Part shown: piece by piece, positions 27,448 through 40,450 of the stretch
Position numbering within the stretch: position 1 is the stretch's first letter
How the letters are laid out: the number at the start of each line of letters is the position of its first letter
NCBI GenBank assembly: GCA_951406725.2
Contig: OX597822.1
Coordinates: 15,686,001 to 15,750,000, forward strand
DNA from: Octopus vulgaris
Taxonomy: Eukaryota
Reading direction: 5' to 3'
DNA: 64,000 nt
Made by a program: the position numbers and the translations under genes
Notes under the pieces: generated by a model
Databases searched by the model: none
Told to the model about the DNA's origin: nothing
The model's input: the letters and a program-made list of their open reading frames with translations, nothing else

Positions 27448-28445
27448 ATTTTCTTCTTATTTTGTTAGGGGTTAAATAGTTCGTCTGACAGATTCAGGGT
27501 GGAACAGCTGCGGTGATGATGTCTCGTACTGCATATGTGAATATACTTTGCATTTGTGCATGTGTATGAAAATGATCGAGTATACGTGTGTACGTGCAGT
27601 CAAGAATGTGAACGCGCGTATATGCGTGTCGGAAAGTATTGATGTATGTATAATTGTATGTGCTCGAATATATGTCTGAGAGTTGCCTTAATCAAACCCT
27701 TTCTTTCTGTTTCTTTATAGTTCATGTCTATGCATATAGTTGCATTGAGTTGCTTGCACATGTACGCGTGTTTCTTTTTTTCCTTTATAACTCAATAATT
27801 TTATAGCTGAACCGGTGAATATTGTGCATGTTGTATATTAATTGTTGTGTATAAGTTTATACATATATACATATACGTGTGTGTATACAGCTTGCTTCCC
27901 AATCACATGCTTCAGGGTTCAGTCCCACTGCGTGGCACCTTGGGCATGTGTTTTCTACTTGAGCCTCGGGTCGACAAAAGTTTTGTGAGTGGATTTGGCA
28001 GACGTGATTGGGAAGCAAGCTGTATACACACACGCATATGTATATATGTATAAACTTATACACACCAATTAATATACAACATGCACAATATTCACCGGTT
28101 CAGCAATAAAATTATTGAGTTACACGCGTACATGTGCAAGCAACTCAATGCAACTATATGCATAGACATGAACTATAAAGAAACAGAAAGAAAGGATTTG
28201 ATTAAGGCAACTCTCAGACATATATTCGAGCACATACAATTATACATACATCAATACTTTCCGACACGCATATACGCGCGTTCACATTCTTGACTGCACG
28301 TACACACGTACACTCGATCATATTCATACGCATGCACAAATGCAAAGTATATTCACATATGCAGTACGAGACATCATCACCGCAGCTGTTCCACCCTGAA
28401 TCTGTCAGACGAACTATTTAACCCCTAACAAAATAAGAAGAAAAT
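27448..28445. repeat. Long inverted duplication (arms 27448-27906 and 28004-28445, 97-bp spacer)
   Basis: Arms are reverse complements with a few substitutions and one indel of about 17 bp near 27771. Confidence 0.97.
27889..28003 (+). mobile_element. 5' part of a family B SINE (3' part at 29410-29520)
   Basis: AGCTTGCTTCCCAATCACATG...GGGTTCAGTCCCACTGCGTGGCACCTTGGGC...GAGTGGATTTGGCAGAC matches the head of 13512-13881. Confidence 0.88.
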
Positions 28446-28453
28446 ATATATAT

Positions 28454-28483
<30 letters not shown>

Positions 28484-28484
<1 letters not shown>

Positions 28485-29156
28485 TGTTTCTTTATTAGCC
28501 ACACAGGGCTGCACACAGATAGAACAAATTACAAGGTAGAGCTTTTCTTTTGAAGGTTAAAAAAAAAAAAAAAAAAAAAAGGAAGGGGGAGTTTCGATCA
28601 AAAGGGATCGTAAAAGGAGAGGAAGAGGACAAAAAAAGGGGGTTAAAAAAAAAGGGGGAGGAAAAAAAATTGATCAATAGGGATCGTTATCACAGAAATG
28701 TCAATATGAAGTGTAAAGGGGAGGACAGGTGAGGTTTACCCGTGGAAAGAAAAGCCTACGGAAAAGACCACGGTAACCTCGGTCAATGAAGTCACATTTT
28801 ATATTTCTTTTTTTTTTTTTTTTTTTTTTGCAAATAAGCAACTCTCTGTTTTCGATTTCTGGGTTCATAGGACTATGCTCAAGGTGGCTTCGTCATTCAT
28901 ACGTGCCATTCTTGCTACATTCACCCATCTTTTTTTAAAACTAGACAAAACTTGCCTCTCTACTCTCACTTTCCTTTTCAAGTGGTACTTGAAGAAGTTG
29001 ATGAGAGATTGACCAGAGAGGAAAGTGTTTGTCTCCAATCCTTTCAGACGCGTCCACCAGATACATTCTTTCGCCATAGCCACAAGGATGATGAAAATAG
29101 CTCTTCCTTCCCGTTTGAAGGAAGGAGGCGTGACAATATTGACGATAGACTCAGCT
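28484..29156 (-). mobile_element. L1/Tx1-clade LINE, 5'-truncated copy 4
   Basis: Near-identical to 7204-7890 and encodes AESIVNIVTPPSF...NDEATLSIVL. (GATA)n on both sides. Confidence 0.95.
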
Positions 29157-29216
<60 letters not shown>

Positions 29217-29224
29217 ATAGATAT

Positions 29225-29309
<85 letters not shown>

Positions 29310-29315
29310 CAGAAG

Positions 29316-29391
<76 letters not shown>

Positions 29392-29409
29392 TATGCACAT
29401 GTATACATT

Positions 29410-29520
29410 TATGCGTGTGTCTTTGTTTCATTGTTTGTCTCCCCGTCATCGCTTCGCAACCGATGTTGGTGACTTTACGTCCCTGTAACTTAGAAGTTCG
29501 ACAAAAGAGACCGTAGAATT
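29410..29520 (+). mobile_element. 3' part of a family B SINE
   Basis: CATCGCTT...CAACCGATGTTGGTG..TTTACGTCCCTGTAACTTAG...AAAAGAGACCG is the reverse-complement homologue of about 13605-13685. Confidence 0.8.
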
Positions 29521-32029
29521 AACTTTTTTTAATTCTACCAAATCATAACAATCTTACTTATAACCCCATCGTATCTAAGACATTGACCGGAAAACACCTT
29601 ATACCCCACTGTAAGAGAAATCTTACTGAGTGTCCAATGTCAGGGTGCAACGAAAATGAAAATTATCAATCAAAATTGTGGAAGTGTAGATATAATGGTT
29701 GTATGATGATCTGTCCAATGAAACATTCAAAGCTGTAGCCCAGCATAGCCTCAGTAAGGGGAAAAAATATATATAACATAATGTTGAGAGTCGTTTGAGA
29801 TTCTTCGAGATTTTTGACCTTCAAATGACCACGTAGTTATTCTGTAGTTGCCTTTCTTTCATTTAATGCTTGAGAACTGTGAGCATCAAAACAATTTTAT
29901 ATAATGAAAGAGAAAAGTTATCCATTTAGATTTGGAATTTGAACATAAAATGTCCAACTCAAACTTTAAAAATATTTGATATGTATTGAAACAATTTATA
30001 TTCAAAACTTCCAAGAAGTAAACAAACAAACTGCAAAGATAGTGTTGCTGTTAGGATTGCAAGTAATTATTGCACAAAATATCGCACAAAATATTTTATT
30101 TCAACAACATAGAAACTTTTGAAAAGAACTAAAATAGAGGCAGCATGGCAGAAACAATACAAAATCAACTCATGCAATTTCATATCAAATAAATAATATC
30201 TATTTATATTTCAAAGAATAATAAAAGCAACACTTGCTGGCATAAGATTAATGATGCGTGTCGGAGAGCGAGTTTAATGTCCGCATGTTACGACGCCAAT
30301 GTAATATGTGCGTTCGTATTAGTGGCATCCCACAGGGTTAACTTCCAACAGGAACTTCCTTGTCGTATAGCAAGGGTCGATTAAAATCTAAACAAGAATA
30401 GGCAGAAATATTGGATCAAAGAAAAAACACCTTCGGTTTTTACGCGCATATACATCCATATTGTTATCTAACTCACAACAGCGCGGTAAAAGAGACTTGG
30501 GAGCATTATGAAAAAACACGAACCGCTGATGTAAGTAAAAGAGTGTACACAACCGAAATACACACATTCGTTATAAACAATAATAAAAAGGATCGAAGGA
30601 ATAGAAAAAGAATTACTCATGCACACACACCGACTGAAATTAAACAGAACAACCGACCACTCACATGAAATTTAATCTAAAAATACAATGAAAGCAGCAC
30701 AGTAGAATCCATAGAGCAAAAAAACCTGTTTCCAGAAGAGGAACGATGTAACCTAACACACAGAGAAAGAACATGGAATTATAGCAAAGCAAAAGGAAAG
30801 TCAATGGAAAACAATCCCCAAAATGAAGAATCGAGTAGAATGAATCATTTATCCAGTCATAATTAAAATATGGCCCCATTCCATACTTAAGAGTAAACTG
30901 TAAAATCACAAATGTTAACATATTTACCTGAAACAACAATCAACAGAGATACAGAGATCATAACACAATCTATGAATAAAGATCAAAAGAAATCGTTGCT
31001 GGATTTGCTAAGAAATAAATATCTCCAAGACTAAGTAAATGATTATGCAGTCCTACAAAGACAAAAACTATCTTAATATCAACTTAGTAAATGGGTGAAT
31101 GATTTCTGTAGCCCAGGTGTTATCTAGTTTTCTTGACTTTGAGACGGTAAATCACTTCTCAAATGAAAACTATTCAGGGTGAGAATATATGAAAATTTGA
31201 ATGGAAAGGCACGTCTTAACAGAATTAATGGGAGAGGAGATGATTTGAAAATGTAAAGATGCACAGAAGCAAATTTTTTTTAAAATATGTTTTAGAATTA
31301 AAGTATACTTAAAGAAATCTTATTAAGAAGCTTTTGTCGTGTTTGACGCAAAAACGTTGACGCTTCTGTCAAGTGAATAGGATTTGAAATAAATATGAAA
31401 TCATTTTATTTGGGCGGCAATAAAAGCAGCTACATACTGAAAGAAACGTTAACATCAACCAAAGTGCGTTAATACAAAAAGCAAATATGAACGTATACAA
31501 TGAGAATAACGAAACTGTAAATTTGCATTATAAGATAGAGAGTTCTAAGTAGAATAAAACCATAATCAACGCAGCACACTGAGCTCGTTGTGTACTTATG
31601 AAAACATCATGACAAACATATGACCACCATTAGCGACGTATTCAACATGCTACAGACTGTCAGCAACTGGGAAATTCGCAGAATTGAAAGATTCCACAAA
31701 TTTTTGCTGAAAATACCGAACAAAAGATAATAATATGTAGTAAAAGCATTCAATTAATTTAAACAGATGATAATTTACGACTGGAATGTGAACAAATTTT
31801 GGAAACTAGATTACTAAAAATACAAAAATCTAATCAAATCTGGGTCTATGCCGAATTCGTGTGCAACATATTAAAAGTATACAGTATAAAGTGCTGGATA
31901 ATCATCTTGATGAATTGGGTAATTATTGAAGATTAAAAACAAACAAAGAAAAAAATCGTGTGACTTTATATAATGATTAAAGAAAACCATGCCTGAGTTA
32001 TAGCACACAATTGATATAAATAAATCAGC

Positions 32030-32755
32030 TAAAATACTAGCATCATTATAGGAACATGTCGCGGTATTATTGTCATGTCTGGTCTATTATTTTCTAGCTT
32101 GTTGACCATTTGGATAGGAAAGTTCCACAGAATCTTACAATTCTAGGAATCCAGCACTTGTTCGCCCCAATATTCATACCATGTGTCTCCAGCTTCAAAT
32201 CCCCATTTCTAGCACAGCTCCCAGTGTAAAACTTTTACATCTTGGTCATAATTCCATTTCTTATACTCTTCCTATATAAACTTGGGACATCCTGCAACAA
32301 TATCTGCCATTTTCTCGTTCCAAGTTTTATAGGCTCTACATTTTTCTGGCACTATCTCCCCATATCCGTTTCTTCTCAAGTTGTTTGTTTTTATCGTTTG
32401 ATTCTGGGTCGCTTCACTTAGGATTTCTCTGGGGTTTTATATTACCCTTTTTTTAACCAAGCCCAGTATTTTGGCTCTCCCAAATTGACCATGCAGCGGT
32501 TCCTCTTCAATCTGGTTAACATGCTCTCTTTGGATTTTATTCTTGTCGTTTTCTCCTATATCACACTTGATTACCTGTTCTTTATTAACTGCCTTTAGTA
32601 GGTTCTATGCGTTTTTGTTTCCAGCTATCTAATACTTTCCTGATTATTCTGACCGTGCCATGGAGGCACACATTTTGTAACAGGGCACTCTATTCTAATT
32701 ATATTCCTCCTGATGACTTCTGATACTGTTCCCAAGGACCCAACAAAAATTGGCA
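32030..32755 (-). mobile_element. Decayed R4/Dong-clade 3' fragment
   Basis: Minus strand reads ...GCP...HWELC*KWGFEAGDTWYE..., the region following the knuckle. Its 5' end abuts (TAA)n at 32757-32783. Confidence 0.6.
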
Positions 32756-34737
32756 CTATTATTATTATTATTATTAATTATTATGTCCGAGGCGCTAACG
32801 ATTCTGCAAGCTCATAGCTTTCAACGGTGTTGTAATTAAAAGCAAATAGTTTTGGTAAGTATCTTAAGTTGCTCATTTTTCTGTGCTACATAAGAAAAGT
32901 TATCAGTCTTCAATTATCTTTGAATATAGATTTATGTTATATATATACAGTATAGCTACAATATCTACTAAAATATTTCATTATCGAAAACTATGCCAAC
33001 AGAGGTGACTATAATTGTCAAGAATAATTGCTAAAATTTCAATTTGCCGAGGAACTGCAAATAACTTTGTTTTAATGGGGAGAATGAAGATTCTTTCCTC
33101 TGATATTTTACTCACATATGGAGAAATATCATTTACATAAATGATTGAACTTAATCGATAATTCGATAATAAGATATTACTTTCCTGATTCGATTCCAGA
33201 ATAGAGTTGTCGTTACTAGTAGAATTATAATTCTCTAATTACTAAAGATTGAATCCGTTAACATTACATAAATATGTCGCTGTTACTCAGCAATAATCAG
33301 TCTCGTCTACAAAGTATTCTATGGGGATTTGTTTTATTTCATTATGTTTTAAGTGCTTTCTGAATTTCATTTGCCTGGTGATGTGTGTTCCGTATTTGTG
33401 AAATGTAATGATATGTAACTTGACAATAAACTATATAATGATACCCTGTTGAGACAAATTACAAGTGACACTTATTTCCAAACATGATTAAGAACACTTT
33501 ATAGCTAATGATAGTCAACAAATAATTATCCAAGTCTGTTACATTGTAAAAATAATAGTCTGCTGCACAACGAAATAGCGTTTATCATTTGGTATGATTT
33601 GAAAAATCGTGTAATTTTATATGTCGTCAATCGAGAATTACGGTCCTTGTTACTTTTTTTTATAATCATCATTATTCATAATTTAATATTCTTGCTCCTT
33701 AATTATAAGTAAATTAGCATTAAATATCCACTGCCTTTGTTATTTTATGATATCTAGGCTGTTTCAGAAAGTAATTACCAGTGCAACGAAGTTCAGTTAA
33801 TGAAGCGAAATTAAGAACATAATTAAAATGGATAGCTTGCTAGTCTCTGTTTCATTTAGTTAAATCCGGTTTGCACTACAATATAGTTTAAACAGATTCG
33901 AAATACATCTCACTCATTTTGATGCAAAGTTTTGTTGCACAGACTCAGATATACGTAAATAAACTTTGATAATAAATATACGACGTTATTTATTTCAATA
34001 GTGAGGTTCTGCAGTAGAGAAGTATTAATATTATCGTAACTTAAAGTTGGTTTATTTGTCTCCATGCGCATATCAACAACTTACACTGCTCTAAATCAAA
34101 GTCCTGTGCGCCTCCTCTCACGACAAATGGCTTTTCCAATCCAAGTCAAGTTAAACAGTAAATAAACAGGAAACAAAATTCAAGTCTAATGCAGCTAATG
34201 CATTTCTATACGCCGGAGGTCATATACGGTGGTACTTAGCAACGAGGTCTTCCAAAGAGAAATAGCAAAATGGAAAGAGCGGTAAATTTATAAATAGTTA
34301 TAGTAGACGAAGATGGTTGAAAGGTAAAGCAGAAACAAGGAAAAAGAGCAACATGTAAAGTTTAGCAAACAAATCACGCGTTGAAGATGATAATTGAATC
34401 ATAAATATATCACAGAATATAAAGAAAAAATATACATCATGTGAAAAGAATTGAAATTGGTCTTCACGCTTCAGCTTGCCCCTTTATGAAAAAAAAATTA
34501 AGCATTAAGAAAAGCAAAAGGTATTTGAGAGATCCAATAATATTTAATTGTAAGCATGTTATATACAAGTAATTTTGTAGATGAATAAGAGAAAAGAAGA
34601 GAGAAGTACACTTTGGATAAGATTAAGTGTAAGAGGAGAAAGCTCTACTTGGGAAAATAGCGGAGAATCAAATTAGAAAAAGAATCTGAAACGACGTGAA
34701 AGAAGTAGAGAGAGAATGAACTGGAGTGATAGAATAC

Positions 34738-34825
34738 ATTTGACTCTGAGGAAGGTACAGGATGTTACACAAGCACTCTTCTTTGAGTGGACAACCGCTT
34801 GTAGCAGAAACAGCTGTAAGCAAAT
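34738..34825 (+). ncRNA. Candidate minimal type-I hammerhead ribozyme (Penelope-type)
   Basis: Stem I ATTTG(A)CT/AGCAAAT, core CTGAGGA, stem II GGTACAGG/CTTGTAGC with inner hairpin CACTC/GAGTG, then GAAA, palindromic CAGCTG and a GTA cleavage triplet. Confidence 0.65.
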
Positions 34826-34974
34826 AAAGGGGATTACATAATTTTGTTCTTTCGACATTCACTAATTTAATCAAGGCTCTGTACTGTCAGGCCGTTTTAC
34901 TATAAATCAGAAGTCGATTGAGCTCTAAGAACGGGTTAGTAATATCGATTTGCATAAACGAAATAATAATAACG

Positions 34975-35152
34975 GGGCAGTGAACAAGTAGATTATTTTG
35001 ACCCCAATGCTCAACTGGTATTTACTTGATCGACTGCCGAGAGGATGAAAGGCAAAACCTACCTCGATGGAATTGGAAATCAGAGCATAAAACCGAAAGA
35101 GATGCTGCGGAATATTTTGGCCACTGTGCTAAGAAATCTGACAGACCGATGC
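34975..35152 (-). mobile_element. Diverged family A SINE
   Basis: GACCCCAATGCTCAACTGGTATTTA...GGATGAAAGGCAAA is homologous to 42910-43121. Confidence 0.7.
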
Positions 35153-35159
35153 CTTTATA

Positions 35160-35218
35160 TACTACTACTACTACTACTACTACTACTATTACTACTACTA
35201 CTACTACTGCTGCTGCTG

Positions 35219-35260
<42 letters not shown>

Positions 35261-35314
35261 CTGCTACTGCTACTGCTACTGTTGCTAGTAATAATGATAA
35301 TAGTAATAATAATG

Positions 35315-35375
<61 letters not shown>

Positions 35376-35400
35376 TAATAATAATAATAATAATGATAAA
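35160..35400. repeat. (CTA)n-(CTG)n-(TAA)n trinucleotide microsatellite
   Basis: Seen directly. Confidence 0.96.
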
Positions 35401-38400
35401 CACCCCCCAGAGAACACTGGTGGACGTTTAACAGGAGAACACCGGGGGACGTTTAATAAGGAGAACTCCGGGGGACGTTTAACATGTGAGAGCGATAAAA
35501 CAGTGCTCCGAAATCTATCCAAAAACATCGGAAACAAAGACATCGCATGGAGCCAAAAAAATAACTGACAAAGGATTGGACTATATCCGAGTAAGTAACA
35601 CTCATTGACATGTATTACTATTTTCCAAACGATATGATGTATTTTAACTGGATATCATCTCCACCTCTCGCACAGTACAACATGTAAACATGCTTGATAC
35701 ATTACGATCCATAAACACCAGATCATCTCCGGCCCCAAACACCATGTACAAAAAACTACGAATAAATTAAATAATACCGGTATTATTCAACCCAAGAATA
35801 ACAATCGGGAAGTACGTACTTTATACTTACAACATAAAATGTGCGAAAAACTACACGTGCAAAACAATGTGACAACAGAAATGAACGGACCGTTACCCTA
35901 CGAGAATGACGACCGTCAAAATAATGGGCCGGACGTTGCTCCTTATGTCCCGCAAATAAAACCAAAAAGGCATAAATGGACACGTGAGGAATACATTTCA
36001 ATCCTACACGCTTACTTTACAGCAGTGCTCTACCCAAAGAACGAAAACACAACAACATATACATATGGAAGAAAAATAACATAAATAAAGACCTGGATAC
36101 AGCAATGAACCTTAATAAACTAGCTAACGTACGAAGATATATTCTCAAAGCAAAAAAAATATCAGAAATAGAAATAGAACATATAAAAGAAAACATACAT
36201 CAGGAAAATGTAGATAGAAGCCAAACAACAACGCCAAATAATATAAACACTGAAACAGTAAAACACGAAGACAAACGTAACATTTCCAACAAAATCGATG
36301 TAAACAAAAAACAACAAACCCAGACCGTAAGGATGCATAATAATGCACGACAAACAGCAAGCCAAAACACGACAGACAAGCATACAAATGTGAAAGAAAG
36401 CGACACAAATCTAAAACCTGGAAACAACGAAGGGGAGCCTAATGATTATGATACAATAAAAAGTAGAATAATCAAAAAACTGAAAACCACAGATTTCAAA
36501 ATGGACCACCGACCATACATCCCAAAAATCAAAATAGACACAAAAGCAACATCAATTATAAATAACATAAACCTAGCCGCCACGGAACTAATAGCCACTG
36601 AAACAAATAGCAATATCACTGAGCTAAATGACTTAGTATATGCAGCAGCCACTGCAGCCACAAAAGAAGCTGGATACTCCCTCAAACCCATCCAAACAGG
36701 AGTACTACCACCCAAACAAATCCTGTGGATAAATAACATTAAAAAAATAAAGAAATGAGAAAAGATCTGTCGATTCTTAACGAAATCAGTAGACAATCAA
36801 CACTACTAAGCAACAAAAAGAAAACAAAAATCCTCTGCAAATACAACATCGCAGAAAAAGAGATAAAAAGAGATACCCGAGATAAAAGAAAAGCTAAAGC
36901 AAGATATCCTTGCCAAAGCACAAAGGATCCGCCGGTACGAGAAACGCCAACGTTTCTTTGAACAAAACAAACAGTTCAACGGCAGAAGAAGTGAAAGAAT
37001 TCTGCAAAGAAATATGGTCGGCGAATGAACAACCACAGAAAAGGAGTATTAAAACAACAAATTTAGGATCTGAGCAACTTTGGACCCCCATAACAACTAA
37101 AGAGGTCACCCCGGCACTGCAAATACTAGAGAACTGGAAGGCACCTGGGCATGACAAGATCCCCAACTTCTGGTTGAAATATCTAACAGGAATGCACAAA
37201 AAGCTGGCTGAAAACTTTAACAACATACTGGCAGAGCCAGAGACAATGCCTGGATGGCTCATGAAAGGGAAAAAATCATCTTAATTCCCAAATCCAATGA
37301 GACAGCAAAACCAGAAAACTACAGACTTATAACCTGTCTCCCTATAATGTACAAATCATTTACTACAGTAATATCACAAAGATTGAACAAGCACCAGGAC
37401 GAAAACAACCTGTTTCCAGAAGAGCAGAAAGGATGCCGCAAAGGCTCATATGGCTGTAAAGATCAACTAATGATCAATAAATCCATAACTGAAGACAGCC
37501 ACAGAAAGAAGAAAGGCCTCAGTATGGCCTGGATCGACTACTGAAAGGCGTTTGATAGCCTTCCCCACACGTGGATCCTCGAAACACTAGCCATTAACAA
37601 GTAACACCAACAATTATAAAATGCATTGGACACTATGAATAAATGACAGACAGTGCTACAGCTACAAACAAAAGAGGGACTCGTGAAAACCAAACCATCC
37701 CCATTAGAAGAGGAATATTCCACGGAGACACGCTCTCTCCACTCCTTTTCTGCTTGGCACTGTCACCTCTATCTGTTATGCTAAATAGAACTGGATACGG
37801 ATATAAATGTTACGGCAAAACGATCAGCCACCTTTTATATATAGATGACCTAAACTACAAATGACAAACAGCTGGAAACACTACTAAAGACAGTTCATGG
37901 ATTTACCAAAGAAATATATATGAAATTTGGATTAGAAAAATGCGCCTAAGTAACAACCCTGAAAAGAGGAAAACTAGTTAAGAGTAGCAACGTCGCACTA
38001 GATAAAGCCAATGAAATAAGAGAATTAGACCAAAGCCAGACTTACAAATATTTAGGAATCCATGAACTAGGTAAGACACAACACACATAAATGAAAGAGA
38101 AAATAAAGAAGTATACTATAGACGAGTTAGATCAATACTAAAAACAGAGCTCAATGCTAAAAACAAGATAATAGGTATTAACACTTTAGCTGTCCCAGTT
38201 ATAAGTTACAGCTACAATATCCTTAACTGGACACTAAATGAACTGGCCAAAATAGATAGGAAAACAAGAAAAATAATGACAGGATCTAGGATGCATTACC
38301 CAAAATCTGACATAGAAAGGCTATATATACAACGTATAGAAGGTGGTAGAGGCCTTATACAGCTGGAAAACTACTATAAAATAACCACCATAGGACTGCA

Positions 38401-39985
38401 AAAATATCTACTTCAGAAGGAAGGAAAACTGATACAAATAGCGGCAAAACACGAGCAAAACAAAAAAAAGCTGCTCTCAGTATTTAAGGAAGCTGACAAA
38501 TACAAACAAGAAATCATACCACCTAACAAATATGAAGAAGAAGAAGATGAAGAAACAACAAAAGCTATAAAACAAATGAAATCCAAACTAAAACTAGAAC
38601 AGCAACGAGATATGATAAAACAATAGACAAAGAAAAATCCCGGCAATGGTTGAGAAGCTCAGGACTCAAAGCAGAGACAGAAGGATTTTTAATTGCAGCA
38701 CAAGACCATTATAAAGACTATTATAAAATGACCACCATAGGACTGCAAAAATACCTACTTCAAAAGTAAGGATAACTGATACAAATAGCGGCAAAACACG
38801 AGCAAAACAAAAAATTGTTCTCAGTATTTAAGGAAGCTGACAAATACAAACAAGACATCATACCATCTAACAAATATGAAGAAGAAGAAGAAGAAGAAGA
38901 AGAAGAAGAAGAAGAAGAAGAAGAAGAAGAAGAAGAAGAAGAAGAAGAAGAAGAAGAAGAAGAAGAAGAAGAAGAAGAAGAAGAAGAAGAAGAAGAAGAA
39001 GAAGAAGAAGAAGAAGAAGAAGAAGAAAAAGAAGAAGATGAAGAAACAACAAAAGCTAAAAAAACACATGAAATCCAAACTAAAACTAGAACAGCAACGA
39101 ACCATGATAAAACGATGGCAAGGAAAGCTCCTCCATGGCAAATACTGGACTAAACTAAATGCAAAAGAAATAGACAAAGAAAAAATCCCAGCAATGGTTG
39201 AGAAGCTCAGGACTCACAGCAGAGACAGAGGTATTTTTAATTGCAGCACAAGACCAAAGCCTCCCCACCAGAAATTACCAAAAACATGTAATGTAAAGAA
39301 ACATAACAAGTAACTGCAGAATATGTGGAGATGGACAAGAAATAATAAATCATATTATCTCTGGCTGCCCAGTCCTGGCTAAGAAGGAATATATTCACAG
39401 ACACGACAGAGTTGAGACCTACATACACTGGAAGCTATGCCAACATTATGGAATAACAACAGAAAAAAGATGGTATAGGCACACACCAGAAAAGGTCACA
39501 GAAAACGAGAAAGCAACCATACTCTGGGATATGTCAATACACACAGATAGAGAAATTAAGGCCAACCGACCAGATATAGTTGTCAGAGATCATGAAGAAA
39601 AAATGCATTCTAATTGATGTATCAATACCAGCAGATGACAACGTTTCTCTAAAAGAAATGGAGAAACTCTCAAAATACAAAGACCTGGAAATAGAGGTAA
39701 CCAGAATGTGGAATCTGAAAACAGAAACAATTCCTATCATAGTAGATGCATTAGGCACCATTAAAATAAAATATTCAGACAAATACATAACAAAAACACC
39801 AGGACTTACAAACATATATAAAATACAAAAAATTGCACTATTGGGCACTGCACACATCCTACGCAGAACTCTTTCAATACAGTAACAATCAGAGCATCAC
39901 ATCAAATCACAGCACATACCCAAGGCACACAGAGCTGTGCTCGGTAGTGAAGTGAATGCACGCTATAAAAATAAAACTACTGAAT
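35401..39985 (+). mobile_element. Near-full-length R4/Dong-clade non-LTR retrotransposon (single RT-RLE ORF, pseudogenised)
   Basis: Motifs in order: [88 protein letters not shown]...HIISGC, RHD, NRPD, LIDVSIP, KLSKYKDL, QKIALLGTAHILRR. Both ends lie in (TAA)n, the established Dong target. Confidence 0.95.
38878..39027 (+). repeat. (GAA)n tract of about 50 units inside the Dong ORF
   Basis: Seen directly. The paralogous position (about 38534) has only a few GAA units. Confidence 0.97.
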
Positions 39986-39986
39986 G

Positions 39987-40054
<68 letters not shown>

Positions 40055-40339
40055 CTTTGTATCTATAGCTGGTGTTATTAATTTACAACCGTTCATAGAT
40101 GTGAATACACGCATTTGTGTATGCAAGTATTTATATATGTAGGTAGGTTGGGAAATAAAATCATTGGTAGGAAATTTTATAGTCGCAATGGTCCACCATA
40201 GTTGAGAGAGAAAAGAGGAATGTAACACTTCTCACCAAGTTCAATGAAAATAAGAGAGTAAGTTAAACTAATCAGAAACAGGGCCTGAATTTTATGGCAC
40301 ATAAGGTTTTTCTACGCCGTTAACTGCCATGATATAATA

Positions 40340-40450
40340 ATGGCGTTGTGTGACAGAATTAGTACTGCATCGGACAAATTGCGCGCTTTGCTGTATTTCG
40401 GCTACTCTCATAATGCATCCCTTTTGAGATCGATAAAGTAAGTACTAATC
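40340..40450 (+). mobile_element. Degraded family A SINE
   Basis: GGCGTTGTGTGACAGAA head and CATCCCTTTTGAGATCGATAAAGTAAGTA core. Confidence 0.5.

Noticed and set aside
30400-31050. A-rich strand-biased region resembling a retroelement ORF or UTR (similar at 15020-16800)
   Set aside because: Compositional impression only; no motif or boundary could be fixed.
35405-35490. CRISPR-like repeat array
   Set aside because: Units are adjacent with no unique spacers, there are no cas genes, and the context is eukaryotic.
38815-39313. Poly-Glu or poly-Lys host protein
   Set aside because: It is a GAA expansion inside a broken retrotransposon ORF.
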